A DNA stretch of 64,000 bases. Source: Dehalococcoidia bacterium (GTDB lineage Bacteria > Chloroflexota > Dehalococcoidia > UBA2979). Below, piece by piece: positions 56,217-64,000 of the stretch (its first letter is position 1; the number at the start of each line of letters is the position of its first letter). Position numbers and translations under genes: made by a program. Location: the NCBI GenBank assembly GCA_050248355.1, contig JBFWSN010000004.1:81151-145150 (forward strand), given 5' to 3'. Under the pieces are notes generated by a model. It made no database searches and was not told the origin of the DNA. It saw nothing but the letters and a program-made list of their open reading frames with translations.

Positions 56217-57470
56217 TCAGTGGAAGAGCAGCGACGGGATGTCGGCTGCCGTAACCTCGACCTGCTGGCCTTCGCCCGCAAGTGGTTTGAGCTGCATCAC
56301 GCCCCTCGAGGCTTCGCTATCTCCGACGATGGCGATGTGGGTGTATGCAAGCGAGTCGGCTGCCCTGAAATGCGCCCTGAGACTGCGGCCCGCCTGCCCC
56401 GCTCGGGCAGCGACACCGACCGATCGGATCGCATGCGCCGTCACCAGGGCCGCTTGGAGGTTGTCTCCGAGCGGCGCGACGTAGACCGCTGGACGAGAGT
56501 AGGTCCCGTCGGCGCCGGCCTGCAGCAGATTGAGCATGATTCGTTCGATGCCGGTCGCCATTCCCGTCCCTGGCGTGGGCGCGCCACCGAGCAACTCGAT
56601 CAAGCCGTCGTACCGTCCACCCGCACCCAACGTTGACTGCCCCCCCGCATCAGCGGGCTCGAACTCCCACACCGTCCGCGCGTAGTAGTCGAGGCCGCGC
56701 ACGATCCTCGGGTCGACTTCGTAGGGAATGCCGAGGCCATCGAGGAACGCCCGTACGTCGGCGAAGTGCGCCGCGTCGGATGGGTCCAGGTAGTCGAGGA
56801 TGCTCGGAGCCTCGACCACGGCGGGATGAGCCGCATCCTCCTTCGAGTCGAGTACCCGCAGTACGTTCGTCTCGAAACGGCGCTGTGAGTCGCGAGAGAG
56901 CGTCGCGATGTGCGGTCGCAGATGCTCGCGGAGTGCCTCGATATACCTGTGTCTGGTGTCGGCCGTGCCGATCGAGTTGATGCGCAGAATGAGCCCGTCG
57001 AGGCCGAGCTGCTCGTATAGGGTGCGCTGCAGATCGATAACCTCGACATCGGCGGCGGCCGCCCCGTCTCCGATGCATTCCACGCCGAACTGCCAGAGCT
57101 GTCGATAGCGTCCGGCCTGCGGCCGGTCGTAACGGAACATCGGGCCGAAGTAGTACAGCCGGACCGGCTGCGGACGGCTGGCCATCCCGTGTTCGATGTA
57201 GGCGCGGCAGACGGCGGCGGTCCCCTCGGGACGGAGCGCAAGGCGCTCGCCGCCCCGGTCGTCGAAGACGTACATCTCCTTCGACACGATGTCGCTCTCG
57301 TCCCCTACAGTCCGCAGGAAGACCGAGGCATCCTCGACGAGCGGCGTGCCGATCAGCCCGTAGCCGAAGAGGTGGGCCACGCGCTCTGCCGTGTCGCGGA
57401 CGTGGCGCCAGAGCGCCTCCTGCTCAGGCAGGAGATCGTGCATGCCGCGGGGGGCCCGGATGTCCGGCAT
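56217..57470 (-). CDS. hisS: histidine--tRNA ligase
   Basis: MPDIRAPRGMHDLLPEQ...LRPEGTAAVCRAY...YYFGPMFRYDRPQAGRYRQLWQFGVE...GGRYDGL. The 939-aa ORF-track version is an upstream extension antisense to relA. Confidence 0.94.
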   Translation of the reverse strand: MPDIRAPRGMHDLLPEQEALWRHVRDTAERVAHLFGYGLIGTPLVEDASVFLRTVGDESDIVSKEMYVFDDRGGERLALRPEGTAAVCRAYIEHGMASRPQPVRLYYFGPMFRYDRPQAGRYRQLWQFGVECIGDGAAAADVEVIDLQRTLYEQLGLDGLILRINSIGTADTRHRYIEALREHLRPHIATLSRDSQRRFETNVLRVLDSKEDAAHPAVVEAPSILDYLDPSDAAHFADVRAFLDGLGIPYEVDPRIVRGLDYYARTVWEFEPADAGGQSTLGAGGRYDGLIELLGGAPTPGTGMATGIERIMLNLLQAGADGTYSRPAVYVAPLGDNLQAALVTAHAIRSVGVAARAGQAGRSLRAHFRAADSLAYTHIAIVGDSEASRGVMQLKPLAGEGQQVEVTAADIPSLLFH

Positions 57471-57566
57471 GGCCCGAGTGTAGGCGGGCGTCGCCGGGTG
57501 CGCGAGCAGCGGCTGCGACCCTTCCGCCCTGACGTCCTCTGCCCTGCGTGATACTTTGAGCACAGG

Positions 57567-59735
57567 ATGGTCCTCATCGAGCACGTCCCTTTCGGCGTCG
57601 ACGAGCTCTTCGCCACGCTCGGTTCTTATCTGCCTGCGGAGCGGGTCGACTCGATCCGCGACGTGTATGCCTTCGCGCGCGACGCGCATGCGGAGCAGAA
57701 ACGTCTCTCGGGCGAGCCGTACATCACGCATCCGGTCGCCGTCGCTCGCCTGGTCGCCGAGCTGCACATGGACGTGCCGACGGTCAAGGCCGCGTTGCTC
57801 CATGACGTCGTCGAGGACTGCGATGTCACCTCGGATCAGCTGGCGCGGCGGTTCAGCCCGGATGTCGCGAGGCTGGTCGATGGCGCGACGAAGATCGACC
57901 AGATTGGCCCGCAGACCGCGACGAGCGCATCGGCGGCCGATGCGGAAACGCTCCGCAAGATGTTCGTCGCGATGGCTGAAGATGTCCGAGTCGTGATCAT
58001 CAAGATCGCGGACCGCCTCCACAACATGCGGACGCTCCAGCACCTCCCGGCGCACCGGCAGCAGGCGATCGCGCAGGAGACGATGGACATCTACGCTCCC
58101 CTCGCCGCGCGGTTGGGCATCTGGCAGTTCAAGTGGGAACTCGAGGACCTTGCTTTTCGCTATCTGGACCCTCCGGAGTACAAGCGCATCTCCGAGATGG
58201 TGGCGTCGAGGCGCGCCGAGCGGGAGCGGTTCGTTCGCCGCGTGGAGCGAGAGTTGCGGCAGCAGCTCGAGGCGGCAGGAGTGCCGGCTGAGGTAAGCGG
58301 GCGCGTGAAGCACCTCTACTCGATTCGCTCGAAAATGCGCCGCTATGCCGCCGAAGGGAAGTCGTTCGACCAGATTTACGACCTGTTGGCACTGCGCGTG
58401 CTCGTCGACACGATCGGCGACTGCTACAACGCCCTTGGCGTGGTCCACCAGACTTGGCATCCCATCCCCGGCGGATTCGACGACTACATCGCGAACCCGA
58501 AAGAGTCGCTGTATCAGTCGCTCCACACCAACGTGATGGGGCCCGGCGCGAGGCCCTTCGAGGTGCAGATCCGCACCCACGAAATGCACGAACTGGCTGA
58601 GTACGGCGTGGCCGCGCACTGGCAGTACAAGGACGAGCCTCGCAAGCGCGACCACCAGTACGAGGAGCGATTGGCCTGGCTCCGCCACCTCATCGAGTGG
58701 CAGCAGGAGGCCTCCGGCACGGAGGACTTCCTCGAGTCGGTCAAGACGGATGTCTTCCGGGATCAGGTGTTCGTGTACACGCCGCGCGGCGACGTCCGCG
58801 TCCTGCCCGCCGGGTCCACACCCATCGACTTCGCCTACCGCATCCATACCGACCTCGGACACCACTGCGTGGGTGCGAGGGTAAATGGCCGCATCGCTCC
58901 GCTCACGACCCGGCTCCGCAATGGAGACGTCGTGGAGGTCATCCGCGGGCGAGGCGACAAGGGTCCGTCGCGCGACTGGCTGATTCCGGCCCTCGGTTAC
59001 CTCGGATCCAGCCATTCGAGGCAGAAGGTCCGCCACTGGTTCCGCCGCTCTCAGAGAGATGACAACATCGAGCGCGGCCGAGACCTCCTCGACCGTGAAC
59101 GCAAGCGCCTGGGCGTGAGCGAGGTACCCGCGACGCTCGCCACTCAGCTGGGATATGAGTCACTCGACGACATGCTCGCCGCGATTGGCTATGGCGATGT
59201 CTCCTTGCAGCTGTTGGCGATGCGGCTCGCCGAGTTCGCGCCGCCGCCCCCGGAGCCGCTTGAGGTCCTGACGAAGAAGCCTCGCAAGGCGGGCACGCCG
59301 GGCGTGCGTGTACTGGGCGAGGGTGGGATGCACGTCACCATCGCCCGCTGCTGCCATCCCCTCCCCGGCGAGCTGATCATCGGTTTCGTCACCCGCTCGC
59401 GAGGCGTCACCGTGCACCGTCGCGATTGCCGGAACGCCTCTCACGCCGCCGAACCCGAACGGCTAGTTGAGTGCGACTGGGGGCCCTCCGGCAGCCTCTA
59501 TGCGGCGGCGGTGTACGTCCACGCGTGGGACCGCGTCGGTCTGCTGCGTGACATCAGCACGATTGTGGCGGCCGAGGACGTGAATATGGTCGGCGTCCGC
59601 ACGCAAGAGAACGACGACCGCACCACGACGGTGCACCTTACCCTCGAAACGCAGGGCTTACCGCAGGTGTCGCGGCTGATGGGACGACTCGAGTCGGTGC
59701 GGGGCGTCATCTCCGTGAGCCGTGCCGAGGTGTAG
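57567..59735 (+). CDS. relA: bifunctional (p)ppGpp synthetase/hydrolase, RelA/SpoT family
   Basis: HD domain (HPVAVARL...LLHDVVED), synthetase domain (YSIRSKM...DLLALRV...YQSLHT), plus TGS and ACT domains. Confidence 0.94.
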   Translation: MVLIEHVPFGVDELFATLGSYLPAERVDSIRDVYAFARDAHAEQKRLSGEPYITHPVAVARLVAELHMDVPTVKAALLHDVVEDCDVTSDQLARRFSPDVARLVDGATKIDQIGPQTATSASAADAETLRKMFVAMAEDVRVVIIKIADRLHNMRTLQHLPAHRQQAIAQETMDIYAPLAARLGIWQFKWELEDLAFRYLDPPEYKRISEMVASRRAERERFVRRVERELRQQLEAAGVPAEVSGRVKHLYSIRSKMRRYAAEGKSFDQIYDLLALRVLVDTIGDCYNALGVVHQTWHPIPGGFDDYIANPKESLYQSLHTNVMGPGARPFEVQIRTHEMHELAEYGVAAHWQYKDEPRKRDHQYEERLAWLRHLIEWQQEASGTEDFLESVKTDVFRDQVFVYTPRGDVRVLPAGSTPIDFAYRIHTDLGHHCVGARVNGRIAPLTTRLRNGDVVEVIRGRGDKGPSRDWLIPALGYLGSSHSRQKVRHWFRRSQRDDNIERGRDLLDRERKRLGVSEVPATLATQLGYESLDDMLAAIGYGDVSLQLLAMRLAEFAPPPPEPLEVLTKKPRKAGTPGVRVLGEGGMHVTIARCCHPLPGELIIGFVTRSRGVTVHRRDCRNASHAAEPERLVECDWGPSGSLYAAAVYVHAWDRVGLLRDISTIVAAEDVNMVGVRTQENDDRTTTVHLTLETQGLPQVSRLMGRLESVRGVISVSRAEV

Positions 59736-59807
59736 CGGCCAGGCCGCGTGACCACGCTCGACCCGGCGGCATTCGCCGCCGCCGATGAACACCGAGAGAA
59801 GGTACTC

Positions 59808-60674
59808 GTGACCGCAACTCAGCCGATCGGCGCTCATGTGTCGTCGTCGGGCGGCATCTGGAAGGCCGTTGAGCGCGGAGAAGCGATCGAGGCGGAGGCC
59901 ATCCAGATCTTCGGCAGCGCTCCTCAGACCTGGCGAACGACGAAGCATACCCCCGACGCGTACGAGCGGTTCCGCGCCGCTCGATCGGTGTCCGGGCTGC
60001 GTGCGGTGTGGCTGCACTGCCCCTATCTTCCGAACCTCGCGGCGGACGACGACGAGATGTGGGAGAAATCAGTCGAATCCGTCATCAACGCGCTCACGGT
60101 CGCAGAGAGCGCGGGTGCGGAGGGAGTCGTGCTCCACACCGGTTCCCATCGAGGCAAAGGGATCGACGCCGTGCTGCCGAGGGTAGCGGCTGCCCTGGAG
60201 CGCATCCTCGAAGCCGCTCCCGGAGCAGCCTTGCTCGCGCTCGAGAACGCGGCCGGGCAGGGGGGCACCATCGGGAAGGACTTCGTAGAGCTCGGTGCGA
60301 TTCTACGAGCCGTCTCCAGTCCACGGCTGGCAGTTTGCCTCGACACCTGTCACGCGTACGCCGCCGGCTACGACCTGACAACGTCCGAAGGCATGCGTGC
60401 GATGCTCGCCGAGGTGGACGGTGAGGTCGGCGTCGACCGTCTCGCCGTCATGCACGCGAACGACTCAAAGATGGAACTCGGCAGCACCCGCGATCGGCAC
60501 GAGAACATCGGGGATGGTCACATCGGCGCCGCCGGCTTCCGCAATATCCTCGCGACGGCGGAGTTTCAGCAGCTGCCCATGCTGCTCGAGGTCCCTGGGA
60601 TCGACGGGAAGGGGCCGGACCTGGAGAACATCCGCCGCCTGAAGGCGCTGCGGGACGAGGTGCGAAACGGGTAG
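59808..60674 (+). CDS. nfo: deoxyribonuclease IV (endonuclease IV)
   Basis: IGAHVSSSGG...VLHTGSH...CLDTCHAYAAGYD...HANDS. The GTG at 59808 (GAGAAGG upstream) fits the family N-terminus. The ORF-track start is 59748. Confidence 0.88.
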   Translation: MTATQPIGAHVSSSGGIWKAVERGEAIEAEAIQIFGSAPQTWRTTKHTPDAYERFRAARSVSGLRAVWLHCPYLPNLAADDDEMWEKSVESVINALTVAESAGAEGVVLHTGSHRGKGIDAVLPRVAAALERILEAAPGAALLALENAAGQGGTIGKDFVELGAILRAVSSPRLAVCLDTCHAYAAGYDLTTSEGMRAMLAEVDGEVGVDRLAVMHANDSKMELGSTRDRHENIGDGHIGAAGFRNILATAEFQQLPMLLEVPGIDGKGPDLENIRRLKALRDEVRNG

Positions 60675-60683
60675 GGGCGCGGT

Positions 60684-60995
60684 CTAGCGGATATCCCTCG
60701 GATGTCCCGCCATCGCGAGGAACTCGTCCTCCAGGTGCAGGATCTCCTGAAGCAGCACCTCGTTCACCCCGCCCCAGACTCCAACGGGAGCCCCCTCGGC
60801 GGCGAGCCGCTCCAGGAGGTGTGCTGCCATCACCGCGTGAGGAAGCTGCGGGTCGCCCGTCTCCCGCCGGATCTCGACCTCGAACTCCATGATCGCGTCG
60901 ATCACTTCCGACGAGATGAAGCCGCCATACTCCTCAGTCAACTGCTCGGCAATCCAGTCCGCCCCCTCAGCGGCGAGACGCTCGTCGATCGGCAT
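60684..60995 (-). CDS. hypothetical acidic protein
   Basis: 103 aa with high GC3. I recognise no family. Confidence 0.45.
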   Translation of the reverse strand: MPIDERLAAEGADWIAEQLTEEYGGFISSEVIDAIMEFEVEIRRETGDPQLPHAVMAAHLLERLAAEGAPVGVWGGVNEVLLQEILHLEDEFLAMAGHPRDIR

Positions 60996-61078
60996 GCTTC
61001 CCCCCTGAATGGTCGCAGTGCTGCCAGGCCACGATATTCGACCCGGTCAGCCGCGGGCAAGATGGGTGCAGGTTCCCG

Positions 61079-61909
61079 TTAGTAGGGTTCGCTTTCGCTG
61101 AGCTGCTCGGACTCGATGACCTGGTAGTCCGGGTCACGCAGATCGTCGAGCTGTCCTTGCTGCGAGCGAGCATACAGCTCGAACAACGTCGACTTGTGCG
61201 GGCGCTTGCGGCCGATCGGGCAGCCTTCCCAATCCGCATACGACTCGTCACAGTACCCGAGGCGGAACTCCCCACACTTCGGCTGCATGTAGCGCGCGAG
61301 CTCAGGGAAGCGCCGCTTGACCTCGGCGCGCATCAACGACACCACTTTGCGGAACTCCCACTGCGCGCGCGTGCATAGCCGCTGGTCCGCGATGTGCAGC
61401 AACTCGAGGTAGTTCACGCTCACCTTGAAGTTTGTGCTGGTCGCGTTGGGCAGGAGGAACCGCGCGTCCTCGGCGGGCACTCCAGCGTCGATGAGTTCCT
61501 GGTACGCGCGGCCCGCGGCGTCCACGGCGCGTTCGAACGTCTCCGACTTCCCCGCGCGGCGGATGGAGTCGGGCAGCGTGTATGGAAACGTACCATCCTT
61601 GTAGGTGACATAACGCTGAGACTGCTGTTCAAACGATATACCGATGTGGTGGCGGACAAACTGGTGCGAGAACGCACGGCTTACCCCGGAGATGCCGAAT
61701 TCGAACCAGACCTGCTGGAGCGGGGACGTGTGGCCAGTCGCCAGGCGGGCCTCGACAAACTCTCGCATCTGGTCATGTGTGATGCGTTCGTCTTCGATCC
61801 GGGCCTCGATCTCGGCCGGGGTGAACGCGGAGTAGCAGACCCGGAACGCAGTGTAGAGCGATCGGATGGGGTCAGTCGTGTGGTCGGTCAGGCGAACGTC
61901 GATGGGCAT
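61079..61909 (-). CDS. thyX: FAD-dependent thymidylate synthase
   Basis: A ThyX-like motif SHQFVRHHIGISFEQQSQRY (variant of the RHR-X7-S signature), with conserved flanking regions. Confidence 0.88.
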   Translation of the reverse strand: MPIDVRLTDHTTDPIRSLYTAFRVCYSAFTPAEIEARIEDERITHDQMREFVEARLATGHTSPLQQVWFEFGISGVSRAFSHQFVRHHIGISFEQQSQRYVTYKDGTFPYTLPDSIRRAGKSETFERAVDAAGRAYQELIDAGVPAEDARFLLPNATSTNFKVSVNYLELLHIADQRLCTRAQWEFRKVVSLMRAEVKRRFPELARYMQPKCGEFRLGYCDESYADWEGCPIGRKRPHKSTLFELYARSQQGQLDDLRDPDYQVIESEQLSESEPY

Positions 61910-62076
61910 AGGCCTCGCAAGCCATCGCCTCGAGAAGACCGGGGTGCTCTATTGTACCGGTCAGCGAGGCCAACCGTCCGGGGTTCAGTCCGGTTTTACA
62001 CTGCGGCAACACCTGCTCAACAGTCACGTCATGAGTTCCCTCCATGATCGTCACAGGCGACGAACGGAGGACTGAC

Positions 62077-62256
62077 GTGCTGTTGATCAAGGCCTGCCCG
62101 CGCTGTCAGGGGGATGTGACCCCGATCGTCGACTTTGAGGGTGACCTGCAGCTGTCCTGTGTCCAGTGTGGCTTCTCGAAGTACGTGCCCCGCGCACAGC
62201 GCTCAGGAGCAGGCGACGAGAAGCCCGTCATCGGCACACTCCGGAAGGCGTCGTGA
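62077..62256 (+). CDS. small zinc-ribbon protein
   Basis: GGAGGA lies 5 nt upstream of the GTG at 62077. There are two CxxC pairs: CPRCQG ... CVQCG. Confidence 0.5.
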   Translation: MLLIKACPRCQGDVTPIVDFEGDLQLSCVQCGFSKYVPRAQRSGAGDEKPVIGTLRKAS

Positions 62257-62268
62257 TCCGGCGGACAC

Positions 62269-63513
62269 CTACGCCTCGTATCGGCGGAAGACCGCGGCGG
62301 CGTTCTGTCCTCCGAGACCGAACGAGTTCGACATCACGACGTTGAGCGCGGCTTCCCGAGCCACGTTCGGCACGATATCCAGGTCGCACGCGGAGTCGGG
62401 CGTGACGTGGTTAATCGTCGGCGGGATGCAGCCGTAGTGGAGCGTGAGGATAGCGGCCACGGCCTCGATCCCGCCCGCGCCGGCGGCGAGATGTCCGGTC
62501 ATCGACTTCGTTGAAGACACGGGGATGCTCCTCGCATGCGCCTCGCCCAGTGCCAGCTTGATCGCGGCGGTTTCCGTCCGGTCGTTGTACGGCGTGCTGG
62601 TGCCGTGACAGTTGATGTAGTCGACCGCAGTTACCGGTAGGTCCGCGTCGCGGAGCGCTCGGATCATCGCCAGCGATTGGCCTTCCGCATCCGGCGCCGT
62701 GTCGTCCGTGGCATCGAAGGACCATCCGACGCCCGCGAGTTCGCAGTACACGCGGGCGCCCCGCGCCCTGGCGGACTCCTCGGACTCAAGGAGGAGCACT
62801 CCTGCCCCCTCGCCGAGGACGAAGCCATCTCGGTTCAGGTCGAACGGGCGTGAGGCGTGCTCGGGGTCCTCGTTGTTGTGCGACAGAGCCCCCATACGGC
62901 CCATCGAGGACAGCGCGAGCGGCGTGATGATTGCCTCCGCCCCCCCGGCGAGCAGGCACCGTGCGTGGCCGAGCCGGATCATGTTCAGCGCATGCCCTAG
63001 CGCGTCCGTTCCGGACGCGCAGGCCGTATTGATGGTGGTGTTCGGCCCGCGAATCCCGATCTCACGGCCGACCCGCCCGGCCCCCATGTGCTGGCCCTCG
63101 CGCGTGATGACGAACGGGTCCGCGCGGTGGGCACCCTTCGTCTGCATCTCCACCCACGGCTCGCCCATGTTGAACGCGCCGCCCGAGGTCGCCATGACGA
63201 CGCCGATATCGTCGCGGTTCGAGTCATCAACCGTGATGCCGGCGTCCTGGAGCGCCTGCACGGACGCCCCCAGGGCGAACTGCGCGAACCGGCCCGTCCG
63301 TCGCGCGGTCTTGCGTTCGAGGTATTGCTCCGGATCCCAGTGCTTCACTTCGCCGGCAATCTGCACTGGCAGCGGGTCCGGATCGCACAGCGTGACTCGT
63401 CCGATACCGTTGCGTCCGGAACGCAGCCCCTCCCAGAACGAGGCCAGGTCGTTCCCGATCGGCGTCACCGCCCCCATGCCTGTGACCACAACGCGGTGAA
63501 TCGTGCGCGGCAT
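62269..63513 (-). CDS. fabF: beta-ketoacyl-ACP synthase II
   Basis: RVVVTGMGAVTPIG...TACASG...CHGTSTP...GHLAGAAG...NSFGLGGQN. Confidence 0.94.
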   Translation of the reverse strand: MPRTIHRVVVTGMGAVTPIGNDLASFWEGLRSGRNGIGRVTLCDPDPLPVQIAGEVKHWDPEQYLERKTARRTGRFAQFALGASVQALQDAGITVDDSNRDDIGVVMATSGGAFNMGEPWVEMQTKGAHRADPFVITREGQHMGAGRVGREIGIRGPNTTINTACASGTDALGHALNMIRLGHARCLLAGGAEAIITPLALSSMGRMGALSHNNEDPEHASRPFDLNRDGFVLGEGAGVLLLESEESARARGARVYCELAGVGWSFDATDDTAPDAEGQSLAMIRALRDADLPVTAVDYINCHGTSTPYNDRTETAAIKLALGEAHARSIPVSSTKSMTGHLAAGAGGIEAVAAILTLHYGCIPPTINHVTPDSACDLDIVPNVAREAALNVVMSNSFGLGGQNAAAVFRRYEA

Positions 63514-63546
63514 CGCCTTGGCTCCTCGGGACGGGCGGCGTTGAGA

Positions 63547-64000
63547 CTAGATCGGGCTACTGGACAGGCTCTGGAGAAACTCGCGGATGTGCTGGGCGAG
63601 CGCCGCCGGCTGGTCCGTCGGTACGGCATGACCAGCTTCCTCGATCAAGGAGCGCCGCGAACCGAGGATCCGCCGGTGCAGCCGCTGAATCGCCTCGGGT
63701 GTGACCATATCAGTCTCGGAACCGCTGACGATCATGACGGGGCACTGCACGTGTTCGACGCAGTCCCAGAGGTTCGAGAGGCGCCGCTGGCCGGGATCCT
63801 GTTCGGGCGGTCGTGCGGTCGGATCGCGGAACACCGGGTCAAACGCCCAGGTGTAGGTGCCGTCCGCCGTCACGGTCACCACCGACCGCGCCCGCCGGTC
63901 GAGTTGCTCCGTGGTTGCGTACGGGTAGTAACGCCGGTACACCTCGGACACCTCGTCGAGGGTGCTGAACTCGTCGCCGGCCGCGAGGACGCGTCGCATC
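63547..64000 (-). CDS. alpha/beta hydrolase, partial (5' end outside window)
   Basis: C-terminal half only: VQCPVMIVSGSETDMV...IEEAGHAVPTDQP carries the catalytic His region. Confidence 0.6.
   Translation of the reverse strand, partial: MRRVLAAGDEFSTLDEVSEVYRRYYPYATTEQLDRRARSVVTVTADGTYTWAFDPVFRDPTARPPEQDPGQRRLSNLWDCVEHVQCPVMIVSGSETDMVTPEAIQRLHRRILGSRRSLIEEAGHAVPTDQPAALAQHIREFLQSLSSSPI

Noticed and set aside
56217-59036. A 939-aa ORF on the minus strand.
   Set aside because: Only the C-terminal 417 aa (from ATG 57470) are HisRS. The upstream 522 codons are antisense to relA/spoT and show no protein-like features.
61872-62090. A 72-aa minus-strand ORF upstream of and overlapping the thyX start.
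   Set aside because: It overlaps thyX by about 38 nt and is antisense to the SD-supported zinc-ribbon gene. There is no SD and no recognisable motif.

Overview
This is a high-GC (roughly two-thirds G+C by eye), compactly coded bacterial chromosomal segment. Most long ORFs in the six-frame track are antisense or alternate-frame shadows. The core of the window (about 32.7-48.7 kb, minus strand) is a complete, translationally coupled division/cell-wall (dcw) operon: mraZ-rsmH-ftsL-ftsI-murF-mraY-murD-ftsW-murG-murC-ddl-ftsQ-ftsA-ftsZ. It is followed by nrdR-nrdJ, a radical-SAM gene, uppS, the yggS-proC-yggT module and a Firmicute-like recA-rny-ymdB-PHP block. The recA promoter carries a Cheo-type LexA box. 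The flanks hold acyl-CoA metabolism genes (CoA-transferase and two crotonases, each next to an orphan family-5 solute-binding lipoprotein). They also hold an ArsR-AHSA1 pair, a PepSY-TM cassette, a flavin monooxygenase, DinB, a methyltransferase, an LLM oxidoreductase, hisS, relA/spoT, nfo, thyX, fabF, tRNA-Asp and tRNA-Ser. The gene order and the LexA box suggest a Chloroflexota/Thermomicrobia-like or other Terrabacteria genome, but this is inference only. I see no CRISPR array, transposase, integrase or recognisable defence system, and no convincing novel multi-gene system. The most notable observations are: a perfect consensus parS site; a 654-nt coding-like, in-frame N-terminal extension of ftsZ that overlaps the ftsA stop; a dcw operon lacking murE and murB; a 2.4-kb PepSY cassette bracketed by 46-nt direct repeats that duplicate the 5' end of the downstream gene; two genes interrupted or separated by single in-frame stop codons; REP-like hairpin repeats; and a roughly 640-nt unexplained non-coding tract downstream of hisS.
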